A stretch of 64,000 nucleotides of DNA, taken from contig OZ224045.1 in assembly GCA_963665325.3 (NCBI GenBank), positions 1,760,001-1,824,000 on the forward strand, written 5' to 3'. Shown piece after piece: positions 39,785-49,340 of the stretch. The position numbers and the translations under genes are program-made. The stretch comes from Alphaproteobacteria bacterium (lineage in GTDB: Bacteria > Pseudomonadota > Alphaproteobacteria > Bin95). The notes below the pieces were generated by a model that worked only from the letters and a program-made list of their open reading frames with translations, did no database searches and had not been told where the DNA came from. Position 1 is the first letter of the stretch; the number at the start of each line of letters is the position of its first letter.

Positions 39785-40600
39785 ATGTCCAGCAGCAGAT
39801 TCGTGCCGACCGTTTACCTGATTGTGGCAGTCGCAGCGGCATCAGCGGTCGGGCTGTCCTCCTGTGGCGGCGGAGGCGCGTCCCGAACCGGCATAGTAGC
39901 GCCCTCGTCGGGGAGCCGCGCGGCCCAAACGGTGATTACGCCGCCGGGAAACCGCGCGCCGCAGTCGGTGGGTACCATTCCCGTCCAAGCCCTGACTACG
40001 GGCGAGAACGCCGCCATAGTCGATGTAACGCCATACTTTCGGGATCCTGAAAACGACCGACTGACATATTTGGCGGCATCTAGTCGGCCGCAGGTGATTT
40101 TGGCCCGCATGTTGGGCAGTACGATGACTCTAAACCCGGTCTCGTCCGGCGTGGCGACGATCACGGTGACTGCCAGCGACGGCAATACCGATGCCACGCA
40201 AACCGTCGTCGCCACGGTGGCAGAGCCGGGGGGTGGGCAGACGGCGACGCAAGAGGAGATTACGCATGCCGAGACGCAAGGTAGCAACACCGGGCAAACG
40301 AAGACCGCGGAACCGGAGAACGCGCTAACCGGAATTGGAGTGTTGGCGCAAGACTCGCAAGGGCGCGAGACCTATATGCGCGTCAGGATGGAACCGGCGG
40401 GCGCTCAGTGGGCCCGCGTAAACTTCGAAATCGAGCCCTACGAAGCAGGCAATATGTGCTGCTATCAGTCATTCGCGGACGATGTCTATATCAAATTCAC
40501 TTGCGCGGGCGGCTACAGTGGCGGCGCGACCGTCAAAATTATCGTCGACGATCACTACGGCCACAGGTTCGAGAAACCCATTTCGTTCACTTGCCGATAA
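39785..40600 (+). CDS. Lipoprotein with cadherin/Ig-like domain
   Basis: Lipobox LSSC-GGGG; NRAP..G.IP...YFRDPENDRLTY...ATITVTASDG. Confidence 0.7.
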   Translation: MSSSRFVPTVYLIVAVAAASAVGLSSCGGGGASRTGIVAPSSGSRAAQTVITPPGNRAPQSVGTIPVQALTTGENAAIVDVTPYFRDPENDRLTYLAASSRPQVILARMLGSTMTLNPVSSGVATITVTASDGNTDATQTVVATVAEPGGGQTATQEEITHAETQGSNTGQTKTAEPENALTGIGVLAQDSQGRETYMRVRMEPAGAQWARVNFEIEPYEAGNMCCYQSFADDVYIKFTCAGGYSGGATVKIIVDDHYGHRFEKPISFTCR

Positions 40601-40687
40601 GATTGGGCGCGGTTTGCCCAAGGACACCGCATCGGCGGAAGAACGGGGACCGGGCAAGTGCGGTCGGTGCAAGAGGGCAGGATTGGG

Positions 40688-41386
40688 ATGTTGCGCCTAT
40701 TCGTCGATGCCGCGCTCCGTGAAAGAGCGTCCATTCCGCTGGATGGCGACCAAGCCGCTTGGCTCGGCCGCGTTATGCGCCGGCGCGTGGGCGAGCGACT
40801 CGCGGTCTTCAACGGAACGGATGGAGAGTGGGAGGCGGAGCTAGCGGCGCTGGAACGCGGCTCAGGGCAGGCGGCGGTGCTGCAGCGCCTGCGCCCCCAA
40901 ACGGCGTCCCCGGATATCTGGCTAGCCTTCGCGCCGGCCAAGCGCGGTACGGGAGACCTGGTCGTGCGCCAGGCGACGGAGCTCGGCGTATCGCGCATCC
41001 TGCCCGTCATCGCCGAGCACAGCGTGGTGGACCGGCTCAATCCCGTGCGGCTGCGGCGCATCGCCATCGAGGCGGCCGAGCAGTGCGAACGGCTGGATGT
41101 GCCTGAGATCGCGCCGCTCGCACCCTTGAAGGATCTGCTGGCGGGATGGCCCGCAACCCGGCCGCTCGCCGTCTGCCATCCGGGAGGCGCCGCGATGCAG
41201 GCCGGGCCCGCGCCGGGCGGGCTTTTGCTCGGACCGGAAGGCGGCTTTGCAGCGGGGGAACTTGACGCTCTCGCCGAAACCGGTTTCGTTCGGCTGGTCA
41301 GCCTCGGGCCGCGAATCCTGCGGGCGGAGACGGCGGTCGTGGCCGCGCTCTCCATGCGGCAGGCGATTTGGGGGAACGGGGCGTGA
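40688..41386 (+). CDS. rsmE: 16S rRNA m3U1498 methyltransferase
   Basis: ATELGV, EAAEQCER, GPEGGF and LGPRILRAETA motifs. Confidence 0.94.
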   Translation: MLRLFVDAALRERASIPLDGDQAAWLGRVMRRRVGERLAVFNGTDGEWEAELAALERGSGQAAVLQRLRPQTASPDIWLAFAPAKRGTGDLVVRQATELGVSRILPVIAEHSVVDRLNPVRLRRIAIEAAEQCERLDVPEIAPLAPLKDLLAGWPATRPLAVCHPGGAAMQAGPAPGGLLLGPEGGFAAGELDALAETGFVRLVSLGPRILRAETAVVAALSMRQAIWGNGA

Positions 41387-41402
41387 AACGAAGGAACGGC
41401 GG

Positions 41403-42767
41403 ATGACGGCAGCCGTGGCAGAATTGGCGACCCCGATAGGGGACCGCCGCGAACTCGTGGAATGGTTCGAGCAGGGCTGCAAGCCGCCGGAAGACTGGCG
41501 TTGCGGCACCGAGCACGAGAAGTTCGTCTTCAGGCGGTCCGACCTCACGCGCCCGGGCTACGACGACCCCGACGGGATCGGCGAGCTGCTGCATCGGCTG
41601 GAGGCGTTCGGCTGGAAGCCCAAGCGCGAGGCCGGGAAGACCATTGCGCTCGTCATGGACGGGGCGAGCATAACACTGGAGCCCGGCGGGCAATTCGAGC
41701 TGTCCGGCGCGCCGCTGGAGACCGTGCACCAGACCTGCGACGAGGTGCACGACCATCTCGACCAGTGCCGGCAGGTGGGCGATGCGATGGGCCTCGGTTT
41801 CGTCGGTCTCGGTTTCGACCCGAAATGGCGCCGGGAGGACATTCCCTGGATGCCCAAGGGTCGCTACGCCGTCATGCGCCGCTACATGCCCACGGTCGGC
41901 ACCCTCGGCCTCGACATGATGCTCCGCACCTGCACCGTGCAGGTCAACCTCGACTATGCCGACGAGGCCGACATGGTGGACAAGTTCCGCCTGTCGCTCG
42001 CCCTGCAGCCGCTGACGACGGTGCTGTTCGCCGACTCCCCCTTCAAGGAAGGCGCGCTGACCGACCATCTCAGCCTGCGCTCGCATGTGTGGACCGATAC
42101 CGACCCGGACCGCTGCGGCATGCTGGGCTTCGTCTTCGAGGACGGTTTCGGGTTCGACCGCTACACCGAATACTGCCTCGATGTGCCGATGTATTTCGTC
42201 TATCGCGACGGGCGCTATATCGATGTGGCGGGCCGGTCCTTCCGGGATTTCATGGAAGGGCGGTTGCCGGAACTGCCCGGCGAGCGGCCGAATATCGACG
42301 ATTGGTCCGACCATGTGACGACGGCCTTCCCGGAAGTGCGGATGAAGCGCTATCTGGAACTGCGCGGCGCGGACGGGGGGCCCTGGGGCCGCCTTTGCGG
42401 CCTGCCGGCGCTCTGGATCGGGCTGCTTTACGACGGCGCGGCATGTGCCGCGGGCTGGGACCTCTGCAAGCATTGGACCGATGAAGAGCGCGAGAGGCTG
42501 CGCGTCGAGGCCCCGCGCCTCGGCTTCGCTGCCGAAGTTTGCGGCCGCTCGCTCCGGGACATTGCGAAGGACATGGTCGCCATTGCCCGGCAGGGCCTGA
42601 AGGCGCGCGCGCGCCTCGACGGCGCCGGCAATGACGAGACCGGCTTCCTGACCGACCTCGAGGAGATCGCGGAGAGCGGCATCACGGCCGCCGAGCGCAA
42701 ACGAGCGTTGTTCGAGGGGCGCTGGGGCGGCAAGGTCGATCCGGTATTCGAGGAGTTCGCATATTGA
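41403..42767 (+). CDS. gshA: Glutamate--cysteine ligase (plant/alpha type)
   Basis: GTEHEKF, TLEPGGQFELSG, MPKGRY and FPEVRMKRYLELRGAD motifs. Confidence 0.95.
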   Translation: MTAAVAELATPIGDRRELVEWFEQGCKPPEDWRCGTEHEKFVFRRSDLTRPGYDDPDGIGELLHRLEAFGWKPKREAGKTIALVMDGASITLEPGGQFELSGAPLETVHQTCDEVHDHLDQCRQVGDAMGLGFVGLGFDPKWRREDIPWMPKGRYAVMRRYMPTVGTLGLDMMLRTCTVQVNLDYADEADMVDKFRLSLALQPLTTVLFADSPFKEGALTDHLSLRSHVWTDTDPDRCGMLGFVFEDGFGFDRYTEYCLDVPMYFVYRDGRYIDVAGRSFRDFMEGRLPELPGERPNIDDWSDHVTTAFPEVRMKRYLELRGADGGPWGRLCGLPALWIGLLYDGAACAAGWDLCKHWTDEERERLRVEAPRLGFAAEVCGRSLRDIAKDMVAIARQGLKARARLDGAGNDETGFLTDLEEIAESGITAAERKRALFEGRWGGKVDPVFEEFAY

Positions 42768-42937
42768 CCGAAGACCCCCGCGCCAGGGCTGCCGGCCTCG
42801 ACCACCTGACGGGCGAGGACCGGGCCGCCCTCGATGCCGGCACGAAGCTGGCGGATGAGTTGGCCGCCGCGCTGCCGCGCGATCACCATATGTACGAAGA
42901 GCCGGCGCTCACCTGGCGCGCGGAGCCCGGCCGGTGA
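42764..42937 (+). CDS. 57-aa amidase-associated small protein (AtzG/GatC-like candidate)
   Basis: Not in ORF track; GAGGAG RBS; TTG start overlaps the gshA stop and TGA overlaps the amidase GTG; ends EEPALTWRAEPGR. Confidence 0.7.
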   Translation: MTEDPRARAAGLDHLTGEDRAALDAGTKLADELAAALPRDHHMYEEPALTWRAEPGR

Positions 42938-44313
42938 CGGCGCTCCATTGGCTCACGCTCGCAGAGGCGGCGCGGGCGCTCCGCCGGCGCGAACTTTCGT
43001 CGCTGGAATACACCGAAGCGCTGCTGGCGCGGATTGAGGCGGTCAATCCGAAGCTGGATGCCTTCATCGCGCTACTGGCCGAGCGCGCCCGCGAGCGCGC
43101 CGCCGCGCTGGACAACGGCCCCGTTCGCGGCGTGCTGCACGGCGTGCCTTTCGGCCTCAAGGACATCATCGACGTGGCGGGCGTGCCGACGACGGCGCAT
43201 TCGGCGGTGCTGAAGGACAATGTCGCGGCCAGGGACGCCGCCGTGACCCGCCGGCTGGAAGGGGCGGCCGGCGTGCTGCTCGGCAAGCTCTCGACGCATG
43301 AGTTCGCCATCGGCGGTCCGAGCTTCGACTTGCCATGGCCGCCGGCGCGCAATCCCTGGAACACGGACTGCCATCCGGGCGGCTCGTCCTCAGGCTCCGG
43401 GGCCGGCGTGGCGGCGGGGTTGTTCCCGCTGGCGCTCGGCACGGACACGGGCGGCTCGGTGCGCAACCCGGCGTCGTGCTGCGGCATCGTCGGCATGAAG
43501 GCGACCTACGGGCGGGTGAGCCGGGCGGGCGTTGTGCCGCTCTCCTGGTCGATGGACCATATCGGGCCGATGACGCGCACGGTCGAGGACAATGCGCTGG
43601 CGCTGGAAGTGCTGGCCGGCCACGACCCCGACGACCCGGCGAGCGCGGATGAGCCGGTGCCGTCCTACACCGCCGGGCTGGAGCGCGGCGTGAAGGGCAT
43701 GAAGATCGGCATTGTGCGCCGCTGGCACGAGCGGGACATGCCTGCCGCGCCGGAGATGTGCGCCGCCATCGACGAAGCCGCCCGTGTGCTGGAAGGCGAG
43801 GGCGCCGAGATCGTGGAAATCGATCCCGGCGCGCTTCAGGACTATTCGCGCGTCAACCGCATCATCCTCTGGGCAGAGGCCTGGTCGATCCACGAGAGCT
43901 GGCTGAAGGAGAAGCCTGAGGCCTATGGCCGGCTCGGCCGCGAACGGCTGATCGCGGGCGCCTACCTCTCAGCGGGGGACTATCTGCGCGCCCTCCGGGA
44001 GCGGGGCCGCTGCACAAGTCGTATGTCGGACGCGCTTGCCGGCGTGGACGCGCTCATCTGCGCGTCCAGCATGGAGCCCGCCTGCGCTATCGAGGACGAG
44101 CCGGAGGTGCTGCGCACCTATTCCCGCCAGGCCCGCCAGCCTTTCAATGTCACCGGCCATCCCGCGCTTGCGGTGCCGGCCGGCTTCTCGTCCGCCGGCA
44201 TGCCGCTCTCGTTCCAGATTGCGGCCAGGAACTTCGACGAGGCCACGATCTACCGCGTCGCCCGCGCCTATGAGCGCGTGACCGGCTGGCCGGACCGCCA
44301 TCCGGACCTCTAG
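42934..44313 (+). CDS. Amidase-signature enzyme (GatA/AtzE-like)
   Basis: GVPFGLKD, GGSSSGS and GTDTGGSVRNP motifs. Confidence 0.93.
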   Translation: MTALHWLTLAEAARALRRRELSSLEYTEALLARIEAVNPKLDAFIALLAERARERAAALDNGPVRGVLHGVPFGLKDIIDVAGVPTTAHSAVLKDNVAARDAAVTRRLEGAAGVLLGKLSTHEFAIGGPSFDLPWPPARNPWNTDCHPGGSSSGSGAGVAAGLFPLALGTDTGGSVRNPASCCGIVGMKATYGRVSRAGVVPLSWSMDHIGPMTRTVEDNALALEVLAGHDPDDPASADEPVPSYTAGLERGVKGMKIGIVRRWHERDMPAAPEMCAAIDEAARVLEGEGAEIVEIDPGALQDYSRVNRIILWAEAWSIHESWLKEKPEAYGRLGRERLIAGAYLSAGDYLRALRERGRCTSRMSDALAGVDALICASSMEPACAIEDEPEVLRTYSRQARQPFNVTGHPALAVPAGFSSAGMPLSFQIAARNFDEATIYRVARAYERVTGWPDRHPDL

Positions 44314-44353
44314 CCCGGACTTCTCACCAGGATCCTGGTGAGAAGTCCGGGCT
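44312..44353. repeat. Perfect 42-bp palindrome
   Basis: AGCCCGGACTTCTCACCAGGA followed by TCCTGGTGAGAAGTCCGGGCT; overlaps the amidase TAG. Confidence 0.9.
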
Positions 44354-44391
44354 GGCGAGAGGGACGGCGCCGCACAAGGAGGGACGGACCC

Positions 44392-44997
44392 ATGGAGGCG
44401 CTGCTGGTGGTGGATGTGCAGAACGATTTCTGCACGGGCGGAGCGCTCGCCGTGCCGGGCGGCGAGGCCGTCGTGCCCGGCATCAACCGTCTGTGGGACC
44501 GCCATGCCTGCAAGGTGCTGACGCAGGACTGGCACCCGCCGGGCCACGCCTCCTTCGCCAGCAGCCATGAGGGCAAGCAGCCCTTCGACACCGGCCGGCT
44601 GGACTATGGCGAACAGGTGCTCTGGCCGGACCATTGCGTGCAGGGCACGTCCGGCGCGGCGTTCCACCCGGAGCTGCGCACCGACGGCGCCGATCTCGTG
44701 CTGCGCAAGGGCTTCCGGCCCGGCATCGACAGCTATTCGGCCTTCTTCGAGAACGACCGCACGACCCCGACGGGGCTTGCCGGCTATCTGCGCGAGCGCG
44801 GCGTCGAGCGCGTCGTGCTGACCGGGCTCGCGACCGATTTCTGCGTCGGCTTCTCGGCGCTCGACGCGCTTGCGTCCGGCTTCGAGACCGTGGTGCTGGA
44901 AGACCTCTGCCGGGGCCTCGACATGGAAGGCTCGCTCGCCCGGATGCTGCACGATATCCGCTCGAAGGGCGGGCGCATCGGGAGCGGCCTCGCCTGA
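44392..44997 (+). CDS. pncA: Nicotinamidase/pyrazinamidase
   Basis: VDVQNDF, DWH, WPDHC, DSYSAF and GLATDFC motifs. Confidence 0.93.
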   Translation: MEALLVVDVQNDFCTGGALAVPGGEAVVPGINRLWDRHACKVLTQDWHPPGHASFASSHEGKQPFDTGRLDYGEQVLWPDHCVQGTSGAAFHPELRTDGADLVLRKGFRPGIDSYSAFFENDRTTPTGLAGYLRERGVERVVLTGLATDFCVGFSALDALASGFETVVLEDLCRGLDMEGSLARMLHDIRSKGGRIGSGLA

Positions 44998-45058
44998 CGC
45001 ATTGCCAAAGCCCTGCCGCATCCCAATCTGAAGGGGGGCGGAAGAGGCGGGAGGACAC

Positions 45059-46045
45059 ATGCGCGCGTTGATCGACCGGGGCGCGGGCTGGGTAGCGGCC
45101 GCGCGCGACCGCCTGCAGTTGCCCGGCGGCAGCGGCCGGTGGCGCTGGCTCCGCTGGGCCGCGCTCGGCGTCCTGCTGTTCCTGCTGCTCTGGTACCCGC
45201 TCGGCATGGCGGTCTATACGCATATCGACGACGACACCGGCTTCGAGCCGAGGCCGACCGCCTACGATGCCGGCGGCTCCAAGGCGGTGGCGACGGCGGC
45301 GGCCCTGGTCGAGCGCGAGATCGAGCGCTGGGCGCCGAACAAGCCCTTCTGGCACCCGGCGGCGGCACTCGACAACATGCCGAACTACCAGCTGGGCCTC
45401 ATGTATGCCGTCTCCCGCTTCGCCATCGAGATGGGCGACCAGCTGGGCCGGACGCGCGGGTCGAGCGCCATCGACAGGGATCTCGACCGGGCCGCGGGCC
45501 TGCTGAAATACGATGGCCGCATCTGGTACTGGGGCTCGGGCGGCCTGCTGCCCGTCGCGCCGGCGCAGCGCCAGTATCTGACCGCCGCCAAGGCGCTCGC
45601 CCGCTACAATGACCGCCTGGCAACGGGGGAGGCGACCTACGACCGCCGCGCCGACAACCTGATCGCCCTGCTCAACCGGGTGGGTGCGGACTTGGGCGCA
45701 TCCAGCGCCGCGCTCGACAAGCGCGCGCTGGAGACCAATGCCGGCTGGTTCGACACCATCGCCGACGACTTGCTGTTCAACGTCAAGGGCCGCCTCTACG
45801 CCTATTTCCTGCTGCTTCGCGACATCGGCACGGATTTCGACAAGGCCATCGCCGAGAAACAGGCAAGCAAGATCTGGCAACAGATGCTGGCCAGCCTGCG
45901 CCAGGGCGCCGAGCTGTACCCGCCCATCGTCTCCAACGGCTACGAAGACGGCCTCTTCATGCCCTCGCACCTGACGGCGCTAGGCTTCTACCTACTCCGC
46001 GCGCGAACGCAGCTGAAGGAAGTGGCCGACGCGCTGTCGAAATAG
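45059..46045 (+). CDS. DUF2333-family protein
   Basis: N-terminal TM; LDNMPNYQLG, RTRGSS..D.DL and RADNL motifs. Confidence 0.8.
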   Translation: MRALIDRGAGWVAAARDRLQLPGGSGRWRWLRWAALGVLLFLLLWYPLGMAVYTHIDDDTGFEPRPTAYDAGGSKAVATAAALVEREIERWAPNKPFWHPAAALDNMPNYQLGLMYAVSRFAIEMGDQLGRTRGSSAIDRDLDRAAGLLKYDGRIWYWGSGGLLPVAPAQRQYLTAAKALARYNDRLATGEATYDRRADNLIALLNRVGADLGASSAALDKRALETNAGWFDTIADDLLFNVKGRLYAYFLLLRDIGTDFDKAIAEKQASKIWQQMLASLRQGAELYPPIVSNGYEDGLFMPSHLTALGFYLLRARTQLKEVADALSK

Positions 46046-46060
46046 GGTGGCGTGCGACTC

Positions 46061-46828
46061 CTACCGCGGCGCCAGCCTTATTGCGCCGTCGAGGCGGATG
46101 GTTTCGCCGTTCAGGTAGTCGTTGCGTACGATCTCCATGACGAGGGAGGCGAATTCGCGGTCGCGGCCGGTGCGCTTCGGGAAGGGCACCTGCTTGCCGA
46201 GCATGTCCAGCGTCGAGTCCGGCAGGCCGGCGAGCAGCGGCGTGTCCATGATGCCGGGCGCGACGGTGCACACCCGCACGCCCCAGGACGCGAGGTCGCG
46301 CGCCGCCGGCAGGGTCATGCCGACGATGCCGGCCTTGGCCGACGCATAGGCGATCTGGCCGATTTGTCCCTCATAGCCCGCGACCGAGGCGGTGTTGACG
46401 ACCACGCCGCGCAGGCCCTCGCCGTCCGCCGGCTCCAGCTTCGCCATGTCCTCGGCGGCCTGCGAGAGCATGTTGAAGGAGCCGAAGAGGCAGATATCGA
46501 CGATGCGCTTGTAGTTCTCGAAAGGAATCCGCCGGCCCTTGCGGTCCACGATGCGCTCCGACCCGCCGACGCCCGCGCAATTGATGCAGATGCGGGCGAT
46601 CCCGTGCGCCTCGCGGGCGGATGCGATGGCGGCCCCGACCTCCTCCTCGCTCGTCACGTCGCAGGCCACCGGCAGCGCGCCGATCTCGCGCGCGGTTTCC
46701 CCGGCCAACTCCGCATTGCGGTCCAGCAGCGCCACCCGCGCGCCCGCTTCCGCCAGCGCCGTTGCCGTTGCGCGCCCGAGCCCCGACGCCCCGCCGGTCA
46801 CCAACGCCGCCACACCTTTTACGTCCAT
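46061..46828 (-). CDS. SDR, 3-hydroxyacyl-CoA dehydrogenase type II-like
   Basis: TGGASGLG, NCAG, GQIGQIAYASAK and LNGETIRLDG motifs. Confidence 0.9.
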   Translation of the reverse strand: MDVKGVAALVTGGASGLGRATATALAEAGARVALLDRNAELAGETAREIGALPVACDVTSEEEVGAAIASAREAHGIARICINCAGVGGSERIVDRKGRRIPFENYKRIVDICLFGSFNMLSQAAEDMAKLEPADGEGLRGVVVNTASVAGYEGQIGQIAYASAKAGIVGMTLPAARDLASWGVRVCTVAPGIMDTPLLAGLPDSTLDMLGKQVPFPKRTGRDREFASLVMEIVRNDYLNGETIRLDGAIRLAPR

Positions 46829-46895
46829 GCGCATGCCCCTTCGCACCCCGATGCGGCGCGCACTCTGCCATAACCGGCCCGTCCTTTCGACGCGC

Positions 46896-46923
46896 TTGAT
46901 TTCCGCGCGTCCTGGTCCATTAT
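46896..46923 (+). promoter_or_regulatory. Sigma70-type promoter of the tRNA
   Basis: TTGATT-N16-CATTAT followed by a GC-rich discriminator. Confidence 0.5.
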
Positions 46924-46938
46924 GCGCCCCTTCCGCGC

Positions 46939-47014
46939 GGCCCCTTCGTCTAGCGGTCTAGGACGCCGGCCTCTCACGCCGGAAACACGGGTTCGAGTCC
47001 CGTAGGGGTCACCA
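46939..47014 (+). tRNA. tRNA-Glu (CTC)
   Basis: Acceptor stem GGCCCCT/AGGGGTC-A-CCA; anticodon arm CCGGC-CTCTCAC-GCCGG; GTTCGA T-loop. Confidence 0.97.
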
Positions 47015-47201
47015 CCGCGCCGGGTTATTCGCGATCGTTCGAAGAGTTGCGCTTCATCCTTGTCCGGCCTTCGGCGTCGGGGGGACATATTCCAGCGCGC
47101 CAGCTTGCCCGGACGAATGCAGCGTTGCTACAGTCGAACGGCGGGCGGGTTGCCGGCGGCGGCGCGTCGCCCCGGATGCCGCCAACCGCGGGACTCGCCA
47201 C

Positions 47202-49337
47202 GTGACCGACAGCTATCGCCTCGGCATCGACATCGGCGGAACCTTTTCCGACTTTGCGCTGGTCGACGACGCCGACGGCGCCATCCGGATCGAGAAGACC
47301 CTGACCTCGGCGCACGCGCCCGAGGAGTCGGTGATGCGCGGCATCGCCGACCTCTCCGCCGCGGTTCCCGGCCTGCTGGGCCGGACCTCCGAGGTGATCC
47401 ACGCGACCACCCTCGTCACGAACACCATCCTCGAACGCAAGGGGGCGAAGACCGGTCTGCTCACGACCGAGGGCTTCCGCGACATCCTCGAGCTGGCCCG
47501 CGAGGTCCGCTACGACATCTATGACATGTTCATCCGCCTCCCCGAGCCGATGGTCCCCCGCCGGCTGCGGCTCGGTGTCCCGGAACGGGTGCTTGCGGAC
47601 GGCACAGTGCTCGTTCCCCTGGACGAAGCGGCCGTCCGCCGGGCGGCGGCCGTCTTTCGCGAGGAGGGCGTCGGCGCGGTCGCGGTCTCGTTCCTCCATT
47701 CCTATCGCAACGGGGCCCATGAGCGCCGGGCGGCCGAGATCCTCCGCGAGGAGCTTCCGGGCGTCACCCTGTCGCTGTCGCACGAGGTGCATCCCGAGCC
47801 CAAGGAGTACGAACGCACATCGACCACCGTGCTCGACGCCTATGTCAAGGCGGTGGCGGAGGGCTATCTCGAAAGGCTGGCGGAAGGCCTGGCCGGGCGC
47901 GGCTACCGGGAGCGGCTCTTCATCATGCTGTCGAACGGCGGCACCGCGACGGTCGAGACGGCGAAGCGGGTGCCGGTCCAGATCGTCGAGTCGGGACCGG
48001 CAGCCGGGGTCGAGGCGGCAGCCTATTTCGGCCGTCTCGCAGGGATCGACAGCTTGCTGTCGTTCGACATGGGGGGAACGACCGCGAAGCTCTGCATCGT
48101 CGAGAACGGCCGGGCCGCCCGGACCCGCACCTACGAGGTGGACCGCCAGCACCGGTTCAAGTCGGGGAGCGGCCTCCCCGCCGCGGTGCCGGTCTATGAC
48201 CTGCTGGAGATCGGAGCGGGGGGTGGCAGCATCGCCCGGGTGGACGATCTCGGCCTGATCCAGGTCGGACCCGACAGCGCCGGTTCGGCGCCCGGACCGG
48301 CATGCTACGGCCTGGGCGGCGCCGCGCCGACGGTGACGGATGCGGACCTCGTGCTCGGCTACCTCAACCCTGACTATTTTCTCGGCGGACGCATGGCCCT
48401 CGACCGCGCGGCGGCGGAGCGGGCCGTCGAGCGCCATCTTGCGGAGGCGACCGGACTCACGGTCCTCGAAGCGGCGGCAGGCGTCCACGAGATCGTCAAC
48501 GAGAACATGGCCGCGGCGGCCCGGGTCTATGTCGCCGAGAAGGGCAAGGCGCCCTCCGAACTCTCGATGGTCGCTTTCGGCGGGGCCGGGCCTGTCCACG
48601 CGGCGGGGCTCGCCCGCAAGCTCGGCTGCCCGCGCCTTGTCGTCCCGCCCCATTCGGGCGTCATGTCGTCGCTCGGCCTGCTCGCCGCCCCGGTCGCATT
48701 CGAGCGGAGCCGCGCCGTGAGGCGGATCCTGGCGGCGGTCGATCTCGCTGCGGTCGAAGCCGGGTTCCGCGAGCTCGAGATCGAAGCCGGAGACCCGATG
48801 CCGGACGGCGCCGCCCCCATCGTGCGCCGCAGCGTCGATCTGCGCTATTCGGGCCAGGACTACCCGCTCGAGATCGAGGTCGCGGGACCGTGCGACGCGC
48901 CTTCGACGAAGCTCGATTGGGAGACGCGCTTCGAAGCGCTCTACCGTTCGTTCTACGGCAAGGTCGATGACGACAACCCCGTCGAACTCGCGAGCATCCG
49001 GGTGCATGCGAGCCAGCCCCCGCCGGCGCTCAGGATCGCCCCGCCGCCGGCGAAGGCCGACGCCCCGCCAAAGGCATGGCGCGACATCCACGTCCGGGCC
49101 GGGTCCGGCATGGAACGGGTGCCGGTCTATGAGCGGGCGGCGCTTTGCATCGGGCAGGAGATTGCCGGTCCCGCAGTGATCGAGGAGCGCGAATCGACGA
49201 CCGTCATCGGCCCCGGCGACAGGCTCGGTGTGGACCCGCTGGGGTGCCTGGTGGTGGACCTCGTCATCCACCGGCCCGCCGCGTCCGGCGGCGATGCCGG
49301 CGCGGCGCCGGTCCCGTCGGCATTCGGGCGGAGCTAG
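47202..49337 (+). CDS. Hydantoinase/oxoprolinase subunit A
   Basis: GIDIGGTFSD, TTEGFRD, ESGPAAG, DMGGTT and GAGGGS motifs. Confidence 0.92.
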   Translation: MTDSYRLGIDIGGTFSDFALVDDADGAIRIEKTLTSAHAPEESVMRGIADLSAAVPGLLGRTSEVIHATTLVTNTILERKGAKTGLLTTEGFRDILELAREVRYDIYDMFIRLPEPMVPRRLRLGVPERVLADGTVLVPLDEAAVRRAAAVFREEGVGAVAVSFLHSYRNGAHERRAAEILREELPGVTLSLSHEVHPEPKEYERTSTTVLDAYVKAVAEGYLERLAEGLAGRGYRERLFIMLSNGGTATVETAKRVPVQIVESGPAAGVEAAAYFGRLAGIDSLLSFDMGGTTAKLCIVENGRAARTRTYEVDRQHRFKSGSGLPAAVPVYDLLEIGAGGGSIARVDDLGLIQVGPDSAGSAPGPACYGLGGAAPTVTDADLVLGYLNPDYFLGGRMALDRAAAERAVERHLAEATGLTVLEAAAGVHEIVNENMAAAARVYVAEKGKAPSELSMVAFGGAGPVHAAGLARKLGCPRLVVPPHSGVMSSLGLLAAPVAFERSRAVRRILAAVDLAAVEAGFRELEIEAGDPMPDGAAPIVRRSVDLRYSGQDYPLEIEVAGPCDAPSTKLDWETRFEALYRSFYGKVDDDNPVELASIRVHASQPPPALRIAPPPAKADAPPKAWRDIHVRAGSGMERVPVYERAALCIGQEIAGPAVIEERESTTVIGPGDRLGVDPLGCLVVDLVIHRPAASGGDAGAAPVPSAFGRS

Positions 49338-49340
49338 CCG

